The notes under the pieces: model-generated | Databases searched by the model: none | What the model saw: only the letters and a program-made list of their open reading frames with translations | What the model was told of the DNA's origin: nothing | Made by a program: the position numbers and the translations under genes | Assembly: GCA_964598205.1 (NCBI GenBank) | Contig: CAZRBB010000001.1 | Span: 28,199-92,198 of the forward strand | Origin: an uncultured Candidatus Saccharibacteria bacterium | GTDB taxonomy: Bacteria > Patescibacteriota > Minisyncoccia > CAIUEV01 > JAHKAQ01 | DNA length: 64,000 bases | Direction: 5' to 3' | Shown: in pieces, positions 49,127-57,788 of the stretch | Layout of the letters: every line of letters begins with the position of its first letter | Position numbering within the stretch: the first letter of the stretch is position 1

Positions 49127-49924
49127 TTAACCAAAGTTTTGCCAAAAGCGCGCTCGTAGTTTGGCTTCACTTTCTGCTAATTCTTCTAGATTAAAAAATG
49201 GCAAAGAAGGAGGTGTCTCTATTTTACTAGTTTTTTTAGAAAAATCGTATCCATAATTATTAGGAAATATTTCTGCTTTCTTTTCTTTTTGATACATCCA
49301 AGAATCCACTTTTTCTCCTTTTAAAAAGACCAGCGCAATTCCCAAGAACAAACCCAAAACAGCGGCCCCCAGCGTATTTAGAGGCACATTAGGACTAACT
49401 GGCTTTACAAAAAAAGTCGGTCCGCCAATGTTCTTTAAATACATATTGGGATTACCATGGAGTTTTTCTCCATTATTTATTAGCTCGTTGTTAATTGCCT
49501 TAATCAATTCCTGCCCTTCTTTTTGGTTTTTAGTTAGAACAGCAACCTTTAAGATGCCGGTATCGCTAACCTTACTAGCCTGTACTGTCTTGGCCCAATT
49601 AGAAGACCTTGCCTCAGGATCGGTTCCAAAATCATCTTTTACTGTTTTTGCTCCTTTAATTACCCGATCCATAAAATTAGGAGTGTAAATAATCCGTTCC
49701 AAAATTTCGGCCGCATACTCTGAGCTTTTAGCTGCTCGGTAGGCATCTATGTCTAAATTCTTTTGAAGCACCAAAAGTTGCAAGTCATTTTTGTAAGTCG
49801 GTGGATAAAGCGCACTGAGAATAAAAACCAGCGCCGCACAAAAAGTGGAGCAAAGAAAGATAAAAAACTTTTTATTCATTAATAGATTCCAATCGTCTTT
49901 TTTGGAAATCTGTTTTTCTTCCAT
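49127..49924 (-). CDS. Polysaccharide chain-length determinant (Wzz/CpsC-like)
   Basis: Two TM helices, PPTY after TM1, KPVSPN before TM2. Confidence 0.75.
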   Translation of the reverse strand: MEEKQISKKDDWNLLMNKKFFIFLCSTFCAALVFILSALYPPTYKNDLQLLVLQKNLDIDAYRAAKSSEYAAEILERIIYTPNFMDRVIKGAKTVKDDFGTDPEARSSNWAKTVQASKVSDTGILKVAVLTKNQKEGQELIKAINNELINNGEKLHGNPNMYLKNIGGPTFFVKPVSPNVPLNTLGAAVLGLFLGIALVFLKGEKVDSWMYQKEKKAEIFPNNYGYDFSKKTSKIETPPSLPFFNLEELAESEAKLRARFWQNFG

Positions 49925-50042
49925 AAAACTTTTTTAAGAAATAAAGAGAACCCGCTATAAAAGCACATTTACTTAATTTAGTCAATAGCAGGGGAGTAGT
50001 TTTGTAATTGTGAGCCGCTCTCTCTAAAGTCCCAAGCTTTCA

Positions 50043-50202
50043 TAAATAGTTCCAGCTAGGGTTCCTTCTGGGGAGGCTTTTTGATCCGAGCGGGCCGGCT
50101 TCCCTTATAAGAGGGAAGAGCGAGGATCAAAACTTGAGCAAGCGAAGCCGCTGGGCGGAGCGCTGCGTACTCCCCAGAGGGAACCCTGGCTGGAACTATT
50201 TA
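50043..50202 (+). repeat. Structured palindromic element, copy A (unassigned ncRNA/ssDNA motif)
   Basis: 33-bp arms with two T-G pairs enclosing a 94-nt core shared with 57636-57783. Confidence 0.85.
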
Positions 50203-50291
50203 GCCCCCACCATTGACTAAATAGCAATTTTATGCTTAAGTATTTGGTTTTCACCAGTTCCAGATCCTATTTTATTTTTGTTTCCAGTGTT

Positions 50292-51707
50292 ATGGCAATT
50301 TCTGTTAAAAAATATCACCAGCTTTTAAATCTCTCTAAATTTTTAGTAGAAGTTTTGGCTGTTTTTTCCTTAATCCTGCTTATTTTCCAAAGATTAGGAG
50401 ATGATTCACTCTTTAAGCCACCATTCCCTAGCTCCTTTAATAGTTTTCTTTCTTTGGCCATTTTCTTTACTTTGATTCAAGCGCTTATCTTTATCTTTAT
50501 TGGTTTTTACAGAAGGGAACTTTCTTTCCTTAATTTTGAAGATTTAAAGAAAGCAATTCAGTCTCTTCTTTGGGGGAGTGTTCTTTTGCTTTTCTTTTTA
50601 CTTTATCGGGGAGAAGGGGAAAGCGCTTTCCACCTAGCTGCTCTTTATTTTGGCTTAGCCTTTGCGTTGATTAGCTCGGAACGGAGCTTTTTCTACGAAC
50701 TTAACAGACGAAATTATAAGAAAGGACTTTGGGTTAAAAAGGTAGCCATTTATGATGCTTGTCCTACCGGCCGACTTCTTTTAAAAAAACTTTTTGCTTC
50801 GCCTCAGTTAGGTTATTTACCAGTAGGCTTTATAGACAACAGAAGGAAGAAAGGCGTTCTAGTAAAAACGAACTCCGAAGAGACTAAAGCAGCGGTGCCT
50901 GTTCTAGGCAATATGGCTAACTTTGGGAGAATTATTAGGAAAAATCAAATAGAAGAATTGTTTATTGCCACGCCGGCCCTAAAAGGAGGAGATATTCAAC
51001 GCCTTGCTTTAAGCTGTAAAAGAGCCGGTATTGATTACCGTTTTGTTCCAAATCTCTTAAAAGAACCATTGCATCGGGCTACCTTACAATTCTTTGGGGA
51101 AATTCCTTTTATTAAGGCGGAAGAATTAAGAATCAATCTTTTAACCCTCTTTTTAAAAAGAGTTTTTGATTTAGCTTTTTCTGTTTTAGCGCTATTCTTT
51201 CTTTCTCCTGTTTTTCTTTTAATTTCTTACCTGATTAAAAAAGATTCACCTGGGCCGGTATTCTTTGGGCAAAAACGAGTTGGCAAAGACGGCCGGTTAT
51301 TTACAATGTACAAATTCCGCACCATGAAGGCTGGGGCCAAACATTATGAATATTCTCCTACTAATCATAAAGACCAAAGGATAACTCCTCTGGGTCGTTT
51401 TTTAAGACGAACTAGCTTAGACGAGTTGCCTCAATTTTTTAATTCCTTAAAAGGAGAAATGAGCGTTGTGGGTCCACGACCGGAAATGGAATTTATTGTT
51501 AAAAAATATACTGTTTACCAAAGAGAGCGGTTGCTTATAAAGCCGGGAATCACCGGCGTTTGGCAGGTAACAGCTGATCGTAAAAAACAAATTCACGAAA
51601 ACATGGATTACGATATTTATTACATTAAAAATGCCTCTTTGGTTTTAGACTTCTTGATTATTTTTCGGACTTTTTGGTTTGCAGTGCGGGGAATCGGCGG
51701 AATTTAA
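50292..51707 (+). CDS. Priming undecaprenyl-phosphate glycosyl-1-phosphate transferase
   Basis: TM region + Rossmann-like domain + KRVFD, DSPGPVFF.QKRVG, KFRTM, RTSLDELPQ, VGPRP. Confidence 0.93.
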   Translation: MAISVKKYHQLLNLSKFLVEVLAVFSLILLIFQRLGDDSLFKPPFPSSFNSFLSLAIFFTLIQALIFIFIGFYRRELSFLNFEDLKKAIQSLLWGSVLLLFFLLYRGEGESAFHLAALYFGLAFALISSERSFFYELNRRNYKKGLWVKKVAIYDACPTGRLLLKKLFASPQLGYLPVGFIDNRRKKGVLVKTNSEETKAAVPVLGNMANFGRIIRKNQIEELFIATPALKGGDIQRLALSCKRAGIDYRFVPNLLKEPLHRATLQFFGEIPFIKAEELRINLLTLFLKRVFDLAFSVLALFFLSPVFLLISYLIKKDSPGPVFFGQKRVGKDGRLFTMYKFRTMKAGAKHYEYSPTNHKDQRITPLGRFLRRTSLDELPQFFNSLKGEMSVVGPRPEMEFIVKKYTVYQRERLLIKPGITGVWQVTADRKKQIHENMDYDIYYIKNASLVLDFLIIFRTFWFAVRGIGGI

Positions 51708-51716
51708 TTTAAGAAT

Positions 51717-52964
51717 ATGCCACCATTAAAACAATCAGCCATTAAAAAAATGTCAAAGAGAGTTTTATTTTTAATAGAAAATCTTTCTTTCCTTCAGGAT
51801 CGGCGAGTTGCCCAAGAAGCTCTAGCCGTTCAGTCTCTGGGCTGGCAAGTTTTTGTGGTTGCTCCTGGAAATAAAGATCAAAAGAAGGAAGAAAATATCA
51901 ACGGTATTTCTGTTTTTCGCTATCCCGCCAAAATTTTTCCTAGTGGTTTTTGGGGCTATTTCCAGGAATATACTTATGCTCTTTATCAAACATTTTTCTT
52001 GGCGTTAAAAATTTATTTTCGTCCTGGCGGTTTTTCGGTAATCCACGCCGCTAATCCCCCCGATCTGTTTTTCTTAATCGGTGCCTTTTTTAAAATCTTC
52101 GGTGTTCGCTTTATTTATGACCAGCACGATTTAGCTCCAGAAATGTTTTTAGCTAAGTTCAATACTTCTCGTACTCATTTGCTTTACTGGGCGACCCGTT
52201 TCGCAGAACGGCTTTCTTATCTTTTAGCCACTACTCACATTGCTACCTGTCAGGTAGGCTTGGATTTTTTTCTAAAAAGTCGCAACTTAAAGAATAAAAA
52301 AAGCCAAATAGTTAGAACTGCCCCCGATCTTTCTCTTTTAAATTCTTTTGGCGCTAACCCCAAACTTCTTAATCGCTTAACTGCCATTAAGAAAGATTTC
52401 CCTTATTTGGGAGTTTACTTAGGAGTAATGGGACATCAAGACGGATTAAGCAAGCTTCTTCGGAGCATTGAAATTTTTGTTAAAAAATCTAAAAGAAAAG
52501 ACATTGGTTTTCTTCTTTTGGGATCGGGCGACGCCCTAAACGATTTAAGAATTACTGTTGGAAAAATGGGACTAGAGAATCGAGTTTTTTTCCTTGGCTG
52601 GATGGAACCCAAAGAAACTGCTGCATGCTTGGAGGTAGCTGATTTTGGCTTAATGCCTGAACCAAAAAATGATTACACCGATTATTCGCTTCATAATAAA
52701 GTATTAGAATACTTAGCTTTTGGATTACCTTTTGTTTCTTACGACTTAAAAGAAGTTCAAAATAATGGCCACGCTGCCGCGCTTTATGCCAAGAATAATA
52801 ACGAAGAAGAGTATGCCGAGCTAATTAATCAAATGTTAAATAATCTAGATTCCCAAAAAAAGGAAGGCCAAAAAAGAAAAGCGGAAATTATGACTGACCA
52901 GTCTTTGAGTTGGGACAATTCAATAAAAACGCTAAAAGAAATTTATTTAAAGTTGGATAAATAA
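51717..52964 (+). CDS. Glycosyltransferase family 4
   Basis: DRRV..EA, HAANPPD, YDQHDLAPE, NKVLEYLAFGLPFV. Confidence 0.9.
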   Translation: MPPLKQSAIKKMSKRVLFLIENLSFLQDRRVAQEALAVQSLGWQVFVVAPGNKDQKKEENINGISVFRYPAKIFPSGFWGYFQEYTYALYQTFFLALKIYFRPGGFSVIHAANPPDLFFLIGAFFKIFGVRFIYDQHDLAPEMFLAKFNTSRTHLLYWATRFAERLSYLLATTHIATCQVGLDFFLKSRNLKNKKSQIVRTAPDLSLLNSFGANPKLLNRLTAIKKDFPYLGVYLGVMGHQDGLSKLLRSIEIFVKKSKRKDIGFLLLGSGDALNDLRITVGKMGLENRVFFLGWMEPKETAACLEVADFGLMPEPKNDYTDYSLHNKVLEYLAFGLPFVSYDLKEVQNNGHAAALYAKNNNEEEYAELINQMLNNLDSQKKEGQKRKAEIMTDQSLSWDNSIKTLKEIYLKLDK

Positions 52965-53011
52965 TTTTGTTGTGCTATAAAGCTTGGTTATTTTTCTTCT
53001 TAATTTAAAAC

Positions 53012-54244
53012 ATGAAAGATCCCAAAAAAATTCTTTTTATCACCAGCGCCTATTATGCTCCTTCTTATCGACGACTTTGGAAAAAAGCTGTTTCCTTAAA
53101 AAACGATGGCTATAAGGTGGCAGTAATTTGTCCCGCCGGAAAAAAGGGATTAAAAGAAACCAAGGAGCAGGGGATAAAAATTTATGGATTTAATAAAAAA
53201 ACAAAAAGAAATAGCGTTCTTGGTATTTTTTTAGGGGAGATTAGAGATTTGCTCTCTATGACTTCTTTGGTTCTTAGTGCCTATTCCAAAAGAGAGTTTG
53301 CAACTATTCACTTGGTTAATCCTTCGGATGTGGCAGTTTTTGCAGTGCTCTGGTTTAAGCTCTTAGGGTACCGTTTTGTTTACGAATCAAATGGTTCATT
53401 TTCTTCTCAAATTTATCGGGAAGAAAAACTTTCCCAATCAAGCGGTAAGTGGTTTCTGAATCTATTTTTAAAAAGTTCGCAAAAACTAGCTTTGTTTTTT
53501 TCTGACTGGGTGATTGTTCCTGACTGGCAAGAAAAGAAAAGACTCGTTGCCCTAGGGAAAAACAAAAGGCGCATCATCACTATCGAACCATTACCCGATC
53601 TAAAAGAATTTTACGACTTGTTGCCCCATCATCGTTACAAAATGGGTTTTTCTAAGGTAGCAATTTATGCTGGCGGTCTTAAGTTTTCTTCTGGTATTCT
53701 AAAACTACTTGTCGCCGTTGATTTTATTGTGAATCGTCTTTTAAGGAAAGATATTTTGTTTATTTTAGCTGGAGAAGGAAAAGATGAAGAACGATTAAAA
53801 AAGATTGTTCAAGAAAGGGGATTGGAAGGAAATGTTTTTTTCACTGGTTGGCTAAAACAAAAAAAATTATTAAATTACTTAGCCGCAGCAGATTTAGGAA
53901 TTATTCCCGAAGAAAATAATCTGGAAGGAAAGTTTCGGGATTCTGCTTTTGAATATTTAGCCGTAGGTAAGCCAATTGTTGCTTTTGATTTCCCTGGTGG
54001 AGAAGAAAAAATCGGTAAAGCTGGATCTTTTGTAAAAGATGGCAAAGAAATTTCCCTAGCTCGGGAAATTATTCGCTTAATAGATAACGAAGAACGAATC
54101 AAGGCCATGGGCTCGGTTGGGAGGCTTAAAGTTTCCCGTAATTTTAATTGGCTAAAATCAGAAATAGAATTGCTAGCTTTTTATGACCGTCTTTTTCCAA
54201 ACGACTCCTTCTTTAAAATTAGCAAAAAAGCACTCAAAATATAA
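53012..54244 (+). CDS. Glycosyltransferase family 4
   Basis: Similar to upstream GT4; FEYLAVGKPIV, NFNW. Confidence 0.87.
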   Translation: MKDPKKILFITSAYYAPSYRRLWKKAVSLKNDGYKVAVICPAGKKGLKETKEQGIKIYGFNKKTKRNSVLGIFLGEIRDLLSMTSLVLSAYSKREFATIHLVNPSDVAVFAVLWFKLLGYRFVYESNGSFSSQIYREEKLSQSSGKWFLNLFLKSSQKLALFFSDWVIVPDWQEKKRLVALGKNKRRIITIEPLPDLKEFYDLLPHHRYKMGFSKVAIYAGGLKFSSGILKLLVAVDFIVNRLLRKDILFILAGEGKDEERLKKIVQERGLEGNVFFTGWLKQKKLLNYLAAADLGIIPEENNLEGKFRDSAFEYLAVGKPIVAFDFPGGEEKIGKAGSFVKDGKEISLAREIIRLIDNEERIKAMGSVGRLKVSRNFNWLKSEIELLAFYDRLFPNDSFFKISKKALKI

Positions 54245-54329
54245 GCTAAATACTACAAGTAGTTATTTTAAGTTTCCTTTTCCATGTCATGGTGTTAAAA
54301 TAAAAAATATAAAAATAAAAAATATTCTA

Positions 54330-55700
54330 ATGCGCTTTAAGGTCACTATTATTTTGTTTTCTTTTATCGTCCCCCTCTTCTTTTTGGGTGTGTTCGGCTT
54401 TTTCCCTTCTTCGGCTTTTTCTGCTTCTGATGCCTCAGAAGAAAAAGACGATCAGGAGCTTTATTTGGATTACCAAGGCTATTTAAGGTATCAAAAATAT
54501 AAAGACTATAAAGAAGCCAAAGAGAAATACGGATTCAAAACCACGCAAATCAAGAATGACTACAAAAACAAATACAGTCTGTATAAAGCCAATCCCAAAA
54601 AATACGCCAGCTATTACGACGCTTATAAACGCTATAAAAATTACAAGAACAAGTACAGCGAAAAATATGCTGGCTATGATCAATATAAAAAATATTACGA
54701 CAAGGGCTGGAAGTACCAAAAATACGGCAAGAAAAAATATAAAGATGGCTATAACCGATACCAATTAGCATTAAAGAACAAAACAACAGGAGGAACTATC
54801 GCCTCCGGCTCTACTGGACCAGAAATCACTGTCGGAATTTTAAAGTACGAAAAAAATTATTCCAAAGATCACGCTTTCCGTTTTCGGGCGAACAAAGACT
54901 ATGCGGTTAAGGATTCTGCCGGGAATTCAATTGCTTTAGTTTCTAGCTCTAAGGAAACCAGCGTTAAATACGTTAGCAGTAGTAAGCTAAGAGTTTATGG
55001 GGAAGGTTTTGATACAGAAGTTAACGAGCAAGTTGATTTCGTTGCCTTAGACGGCAATAACGACGATTTAATTTTCAATGTTGACCCCAATCCTAAGTAC
55101 AGTTTTGACGATTATCGAGGGAAAATAAGAGTGCGCTATTCTAATGATTCAAGCCAGGTGTGGGTTATTAATATGCTCCCCTTGGAACAGTACGCTTGGG
55201 GAATGGGAGAGATTACTGGCACTGGTGCCATGGAATATAACAAGGTAATGTCTTTAACTTTCCGCACCTATGGTTATTGGAAAATAAAATATAGTACGCG
55301 TTATACCGAAGAAGGCTTTAAGGTAGATGCTACCGCTAACAGTCAAATTTATTACGGTTACGACTGGGAGTTAGATCATCCTCGTATTAAAGAAGCTGTC
55401 CAAGCCACTCGCGGTCAGATAGTAAAATACAAAGACCGAATTGCGATTACTCCCTACTCATCTTCTACCGACGGTCGCACTCGTTCTTGGAAAGAAAGAT
55501 GGGGAAGTGACAACTATCCTTGGTGTGTATCGGTAGAAGATCCTTATGGTAAGGTAGACGGTGCCGGCTCTATTGAAGGCAATCATATGGTTGGTCTTTC
55601 GGCTCGCGGTGCCTTAAAACTGGCAGACGACCACGGCTGGGGTTACGAAAAAATCTTAAAGTATTACTATACTGGAATTGATTTAGAAACTGTCTATTAA
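54330..55700 (+). CDS. SpoIID/LytB-domain protein with Tyr/Lys-rich N-terminal region
   Basis: Signal peptide; YRGKI, VINMLPLEQY...E, RTY, SQIY.GY, AV.ATRG, NHMVGLS..GA, IL.YYYTG. Confidence 0.85.
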   Translation: MRFKVTIILFSFIVPLFFLGVFGFFPSSAFSASDASEEKDDQELYLDYQGYLRYQKYKDYKEAKEKYGFKTTQIKNDYKNKYSLYKANPKKYASYYDAYKRYKNYKNKYSEKYAGYDQYKKYYDKGWKYQKYGKKKYKDGYNRYQLALKNKTTGGTIASGSTGPEITVGILKYEKNYSKDHAFRFRANKDYAVKDSAGNSIALVSSSKETSVKYVSSSKLRVYGEGFDTEVNEQVDFVALDGNNDDLIFNVDPNPKYSFDDYRGKIRVRYSNDSSQVWVINMLPLEQYAWGMGEITGTGAMEYNKVMSLTFRTYGYWKIKYSTRYTEEGFKVDATANSQIYYGYDWELDHPRIKEAVQATRGQIVKYKDRIAITPYSSSTDGRTRSWKERWGSDNYPWCVSVEDPYGKVDGAGSIEGNHMVGLSARGALKLADDHGWGYEKILKYYYTGIDLETVY

Positions 55701-55710
55701 TCTAAACGCA

Positions 55711-56232
55711 ATGAGCTTTAAAAAAGTATTTTTAGCGGTTGTGGTTTTAACTGTATTAGCTTACGGAGGCTATGTTTATAAAGACCGTTTTTGGGAAACC
55801 CAAAAAACTCAAACCAAGGAAGAAACAAGGCCTGAGTTTAACAAATCGTCAAAAGATCCTTCTTCCTTAGACCAAGCTCCAACCAATCCGGATAATTCTG
55901 GCGATCTTCCAAAAGAAACAACTCCCGAAGAAACCGAAACCCAAACAGAAGCTGTCTTAGAAGACTATTTAAAAGACTGCGATAATAAATGTGAGTCATT
56001 TTTTGGTGCCCAACTAGATCGCTGTTTAGAAATTTGTCGAATAAAAGGATCTTCTCCAGAAGAAGACGGATCCATTGAGTCTTGCGAATCAAAAACAGGA
56101 GAAGAAAAAGATTTTTGTTTAAAGAATCAAGCAGTCAAGGAAAAAAAAGAGTCTCTTTGTAAAGAAATAAGCAATCAAGCTGTTAGGGAAGCTTGCTTTA
56201 ACGCTGTTGCCGAAACAATTCTTGACCGATGA
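55711..56232 (+). CDS. Hypothetical membrane-anchored Cys-rich protein
   Basis: N-terminal TM, low-complexity linker, eight Cys in C-terminal half. Confidence 0.65.
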   Translation: MSFKKVFLAVVVLTVLAYGGYVYKDRFWETQKTQTKEETRPEFNKSSKDPSSLDQAPTNPDNSGDLPKETTPEETETQTEAVLEDYLKDCDNKCESFFGAQLDRCLEICRIKGSSPEEDGSIESCESKTGEEKDFCLKNQAVKEKKESLCKEISNQAVREACFNAVAETILDR

Positions 56233-56840
56233 TTAAAAGCAATATTTTCCCAGATCTGCCGTTTTCACAAGCAAAAGTTGGCCCAAAGATGGCTGTTTCC
56301 GGAGAGCATTCGGTTTATCGTTATGGTGACAAAGAAGTGATTAAGTTTCCTGCTGGGCCAATCCATTATGCTAATAATGAAGAGGCTTATCGCAAAATTT
56401 TGAATGAATTTCAATTAGCTAAAAGGTATTTAGGAGAATTTATTGCTCCGGCTAGCATTTTCACTTACAAAAAGAACAACAAAAAAGCTTACTGTATTAT
56501 TCAAAAGTTTATTAAGGGGACTCCTTTAAAAATAGAAGATCTTCAAAATAAAGATTTAAAGGAGAAGCTGGAAGAGTTGATTAAGGCTAATCGAGAGATG
56601 CGCATTAACACCGGATATTCTTTTGAGTTTTTTGGTATTAGGGGACTTTTTTTCCACCGATTTTTAAAAAAAATGGAAAATGTTTTAGTGGATGAATCGG
56701 GAAATTTAAAAATAATTGATTTTGGAATGATTTCCGAAATTAACATGGTTTCTAGTTCTCCAGTTTTGCGGTCTTTTATTCAATGGGCCCTAAAAAGACA
56801 GAGCAAAATTCTAAAAGAGAGCTATCTTGCCATAGAATAG
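56229..56840 (+). CDS. Atypical protein-kinase-like protein
   Basis: GEHSVY, VIKF, conserved E, IIQKFIKG, ENVLVD, KIIDFG. Confidence 0.6.
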   Translation: MIKSNIFPDLPFSQAKVGPKMAVSGEHSVYRYGDKEVIKFPAGPIHYANNEEAYRKILNEFQLAKRYLGEFIAPASIFTYKKNNKKAYCIIQKFIKGTPLKIEDLQNKDLKEKLEELIKANREMRINTGYSFEFFGIRGLFFHRFLKKMENVLVDESGNLKIIDFGMISEINMVSSSPVLRSFIQWALKRQSKILKESYLAIE

Positions 56841-56874
56841 GGCAAATGGTATGCTGATGGAAAATTAAGTGCAT

Positions 56875-56904
56875 TAAAAATAAAAATAAAAATAAAAATA
56901 AAAA
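56875..56904 (+). repeat. (TAAAAA)5 simple sequence repeat
   Basis: Five perfect hexamer copies; the last A is the A of the start codon. Confidence 0.8.
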
Positions 56905-57260
56905 TGAAGTCAAAAACAAAGCCAAGAGAAGAATTTAGCGGACATGCCCAAAGAGGAAAAGAATGGTCAGATGTAATCAAGGATTGGATTTTTGACCACC
57001 TAAAGGCGTTTACTTCATTGTTGGTGGCAGAAACCGGAAAAGAAATTAAGAATCGTCTTCGCGATTTCCTCTCCATGGTCAATAAGGCATTTATTTCTTC
57101 ACTGATGGTTTTTTTGGGGGTGGTTTTTTTAATGGTCGGAATGGCTCTTATTCTAAATGAATTATTCAATATTTCGGGTGGCCTAGGCTTTATCTTGGTG
57201 GGTATTTTATCTGTTTTTTTAGGGGTGGTGGTTCGAGAAGAATTAAAGCAACAAAAATAA
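56904..57260 (+). CDS. Two-TM membrane protein (YqjE/holin-superfamily-like)
   Basis: Helical N-terminus + two TM helices; adjacent to DUF883-like gene. Confidence 0.55.
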   Translation: MKSKTKPREEFSGHAQRGKEWSDVIKDWIFDHLKAFTSLLVAETGKEIKNRLRDFLSMVNKAFISSLMVFLGVVFLMVGMALILNELFNISGGLGFILVGILSVFLGVVVREELKQQK

Positions 57261-57282
57261 TTTAAATAATTTAAATAAAAAA

Positions 57283-57555
57283 ATGGATTTTAAAAAAAAG
57301 GACATTGAAAAAAAAGCCAAAGAAATCAAAGACAAAGCCAAAGAAGTGACAGAAGGAATTCAAGAAAGAGCAGTGGAATTAAAAAAGGAAGCTAAGAAGA
57401 ATATTGAAAAAGCCAAGAAAGATTTCCAAATTGCAGAAAAAAAGGTTAAGGATTACATGGAGAAGAATCCAGCCAAAGCAGCAGCTATTGCCGCTGGAAT
57501 TGGGGCAGTGATTGGTGCCGGATTAGCAGCCATGATTGGAAGAAAAAGAAAATAA
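57283..57555 (+). CDS. DUF883/ElaB/YqjD-like tail-anchored protein
   Basis: Lys/Glu helix, YMEKNPAKAAAIAAGIGAVIG, basic tail RKRK. Confidence 0.75.
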   Translation: MDFKKKDIEKKAKEIKDKAKEVTEGIQERAVELKKEAKKNIEKAKKDFQIAEKKVKDYMEKNPAKAAAIAAGIGAVIGAGLAAMIGRKRK

Positions 57556-57572
57556 TAAAAATCTTTTCTACT

Positions 57573-57607
57573 AAAACACCCTCGATTTTTCGGGGGTGTT
57601 TTTATTT
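57573..57607 (+). terminator. Intrinsic terminator
   Basis: AAAACACCCTCGA-tttt-TCGGGGGTGTTTT followed by TATTT. Confidence 0.8.
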
Positions 57608-57635
57608 AAGATAGAAAGACCATGATTGGAGAATA

Positions 57636-57783
57636 AAGCTAAGAGGGCGTGCCTGTTTTGTTGAGGCTTTTTCATTCGAGTGGGCCGGTTTTCCGAAGGA
57701 AAGAGCTCGAATGAAAACTGAGCAAGCGGAGCCGCTGGGCGAAGCGAAGCGTACTCAACAAAACAGGCACGCCCTCTTAGCTT
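57636..57783 (+). repeat. Structured palindromic element, copy B (unassigned ncRNA/ssDNA motif)
   Basis: Perfect 30-bp arms enclosing an 88-nt core shared with 50043-50202. Confidence 0.85.
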
Positions 57784-57788
57784 CTGGT

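Noticed and set aside
50092-50160. HDV-like ribozyme (GGCCGGC ... GCCGCTGGGC recalls HDV P1)
   Set aside because: No P2/P3 nested pseudoknot, no L3 consensus and no J4/2 catalytic C context could be built in either copy.
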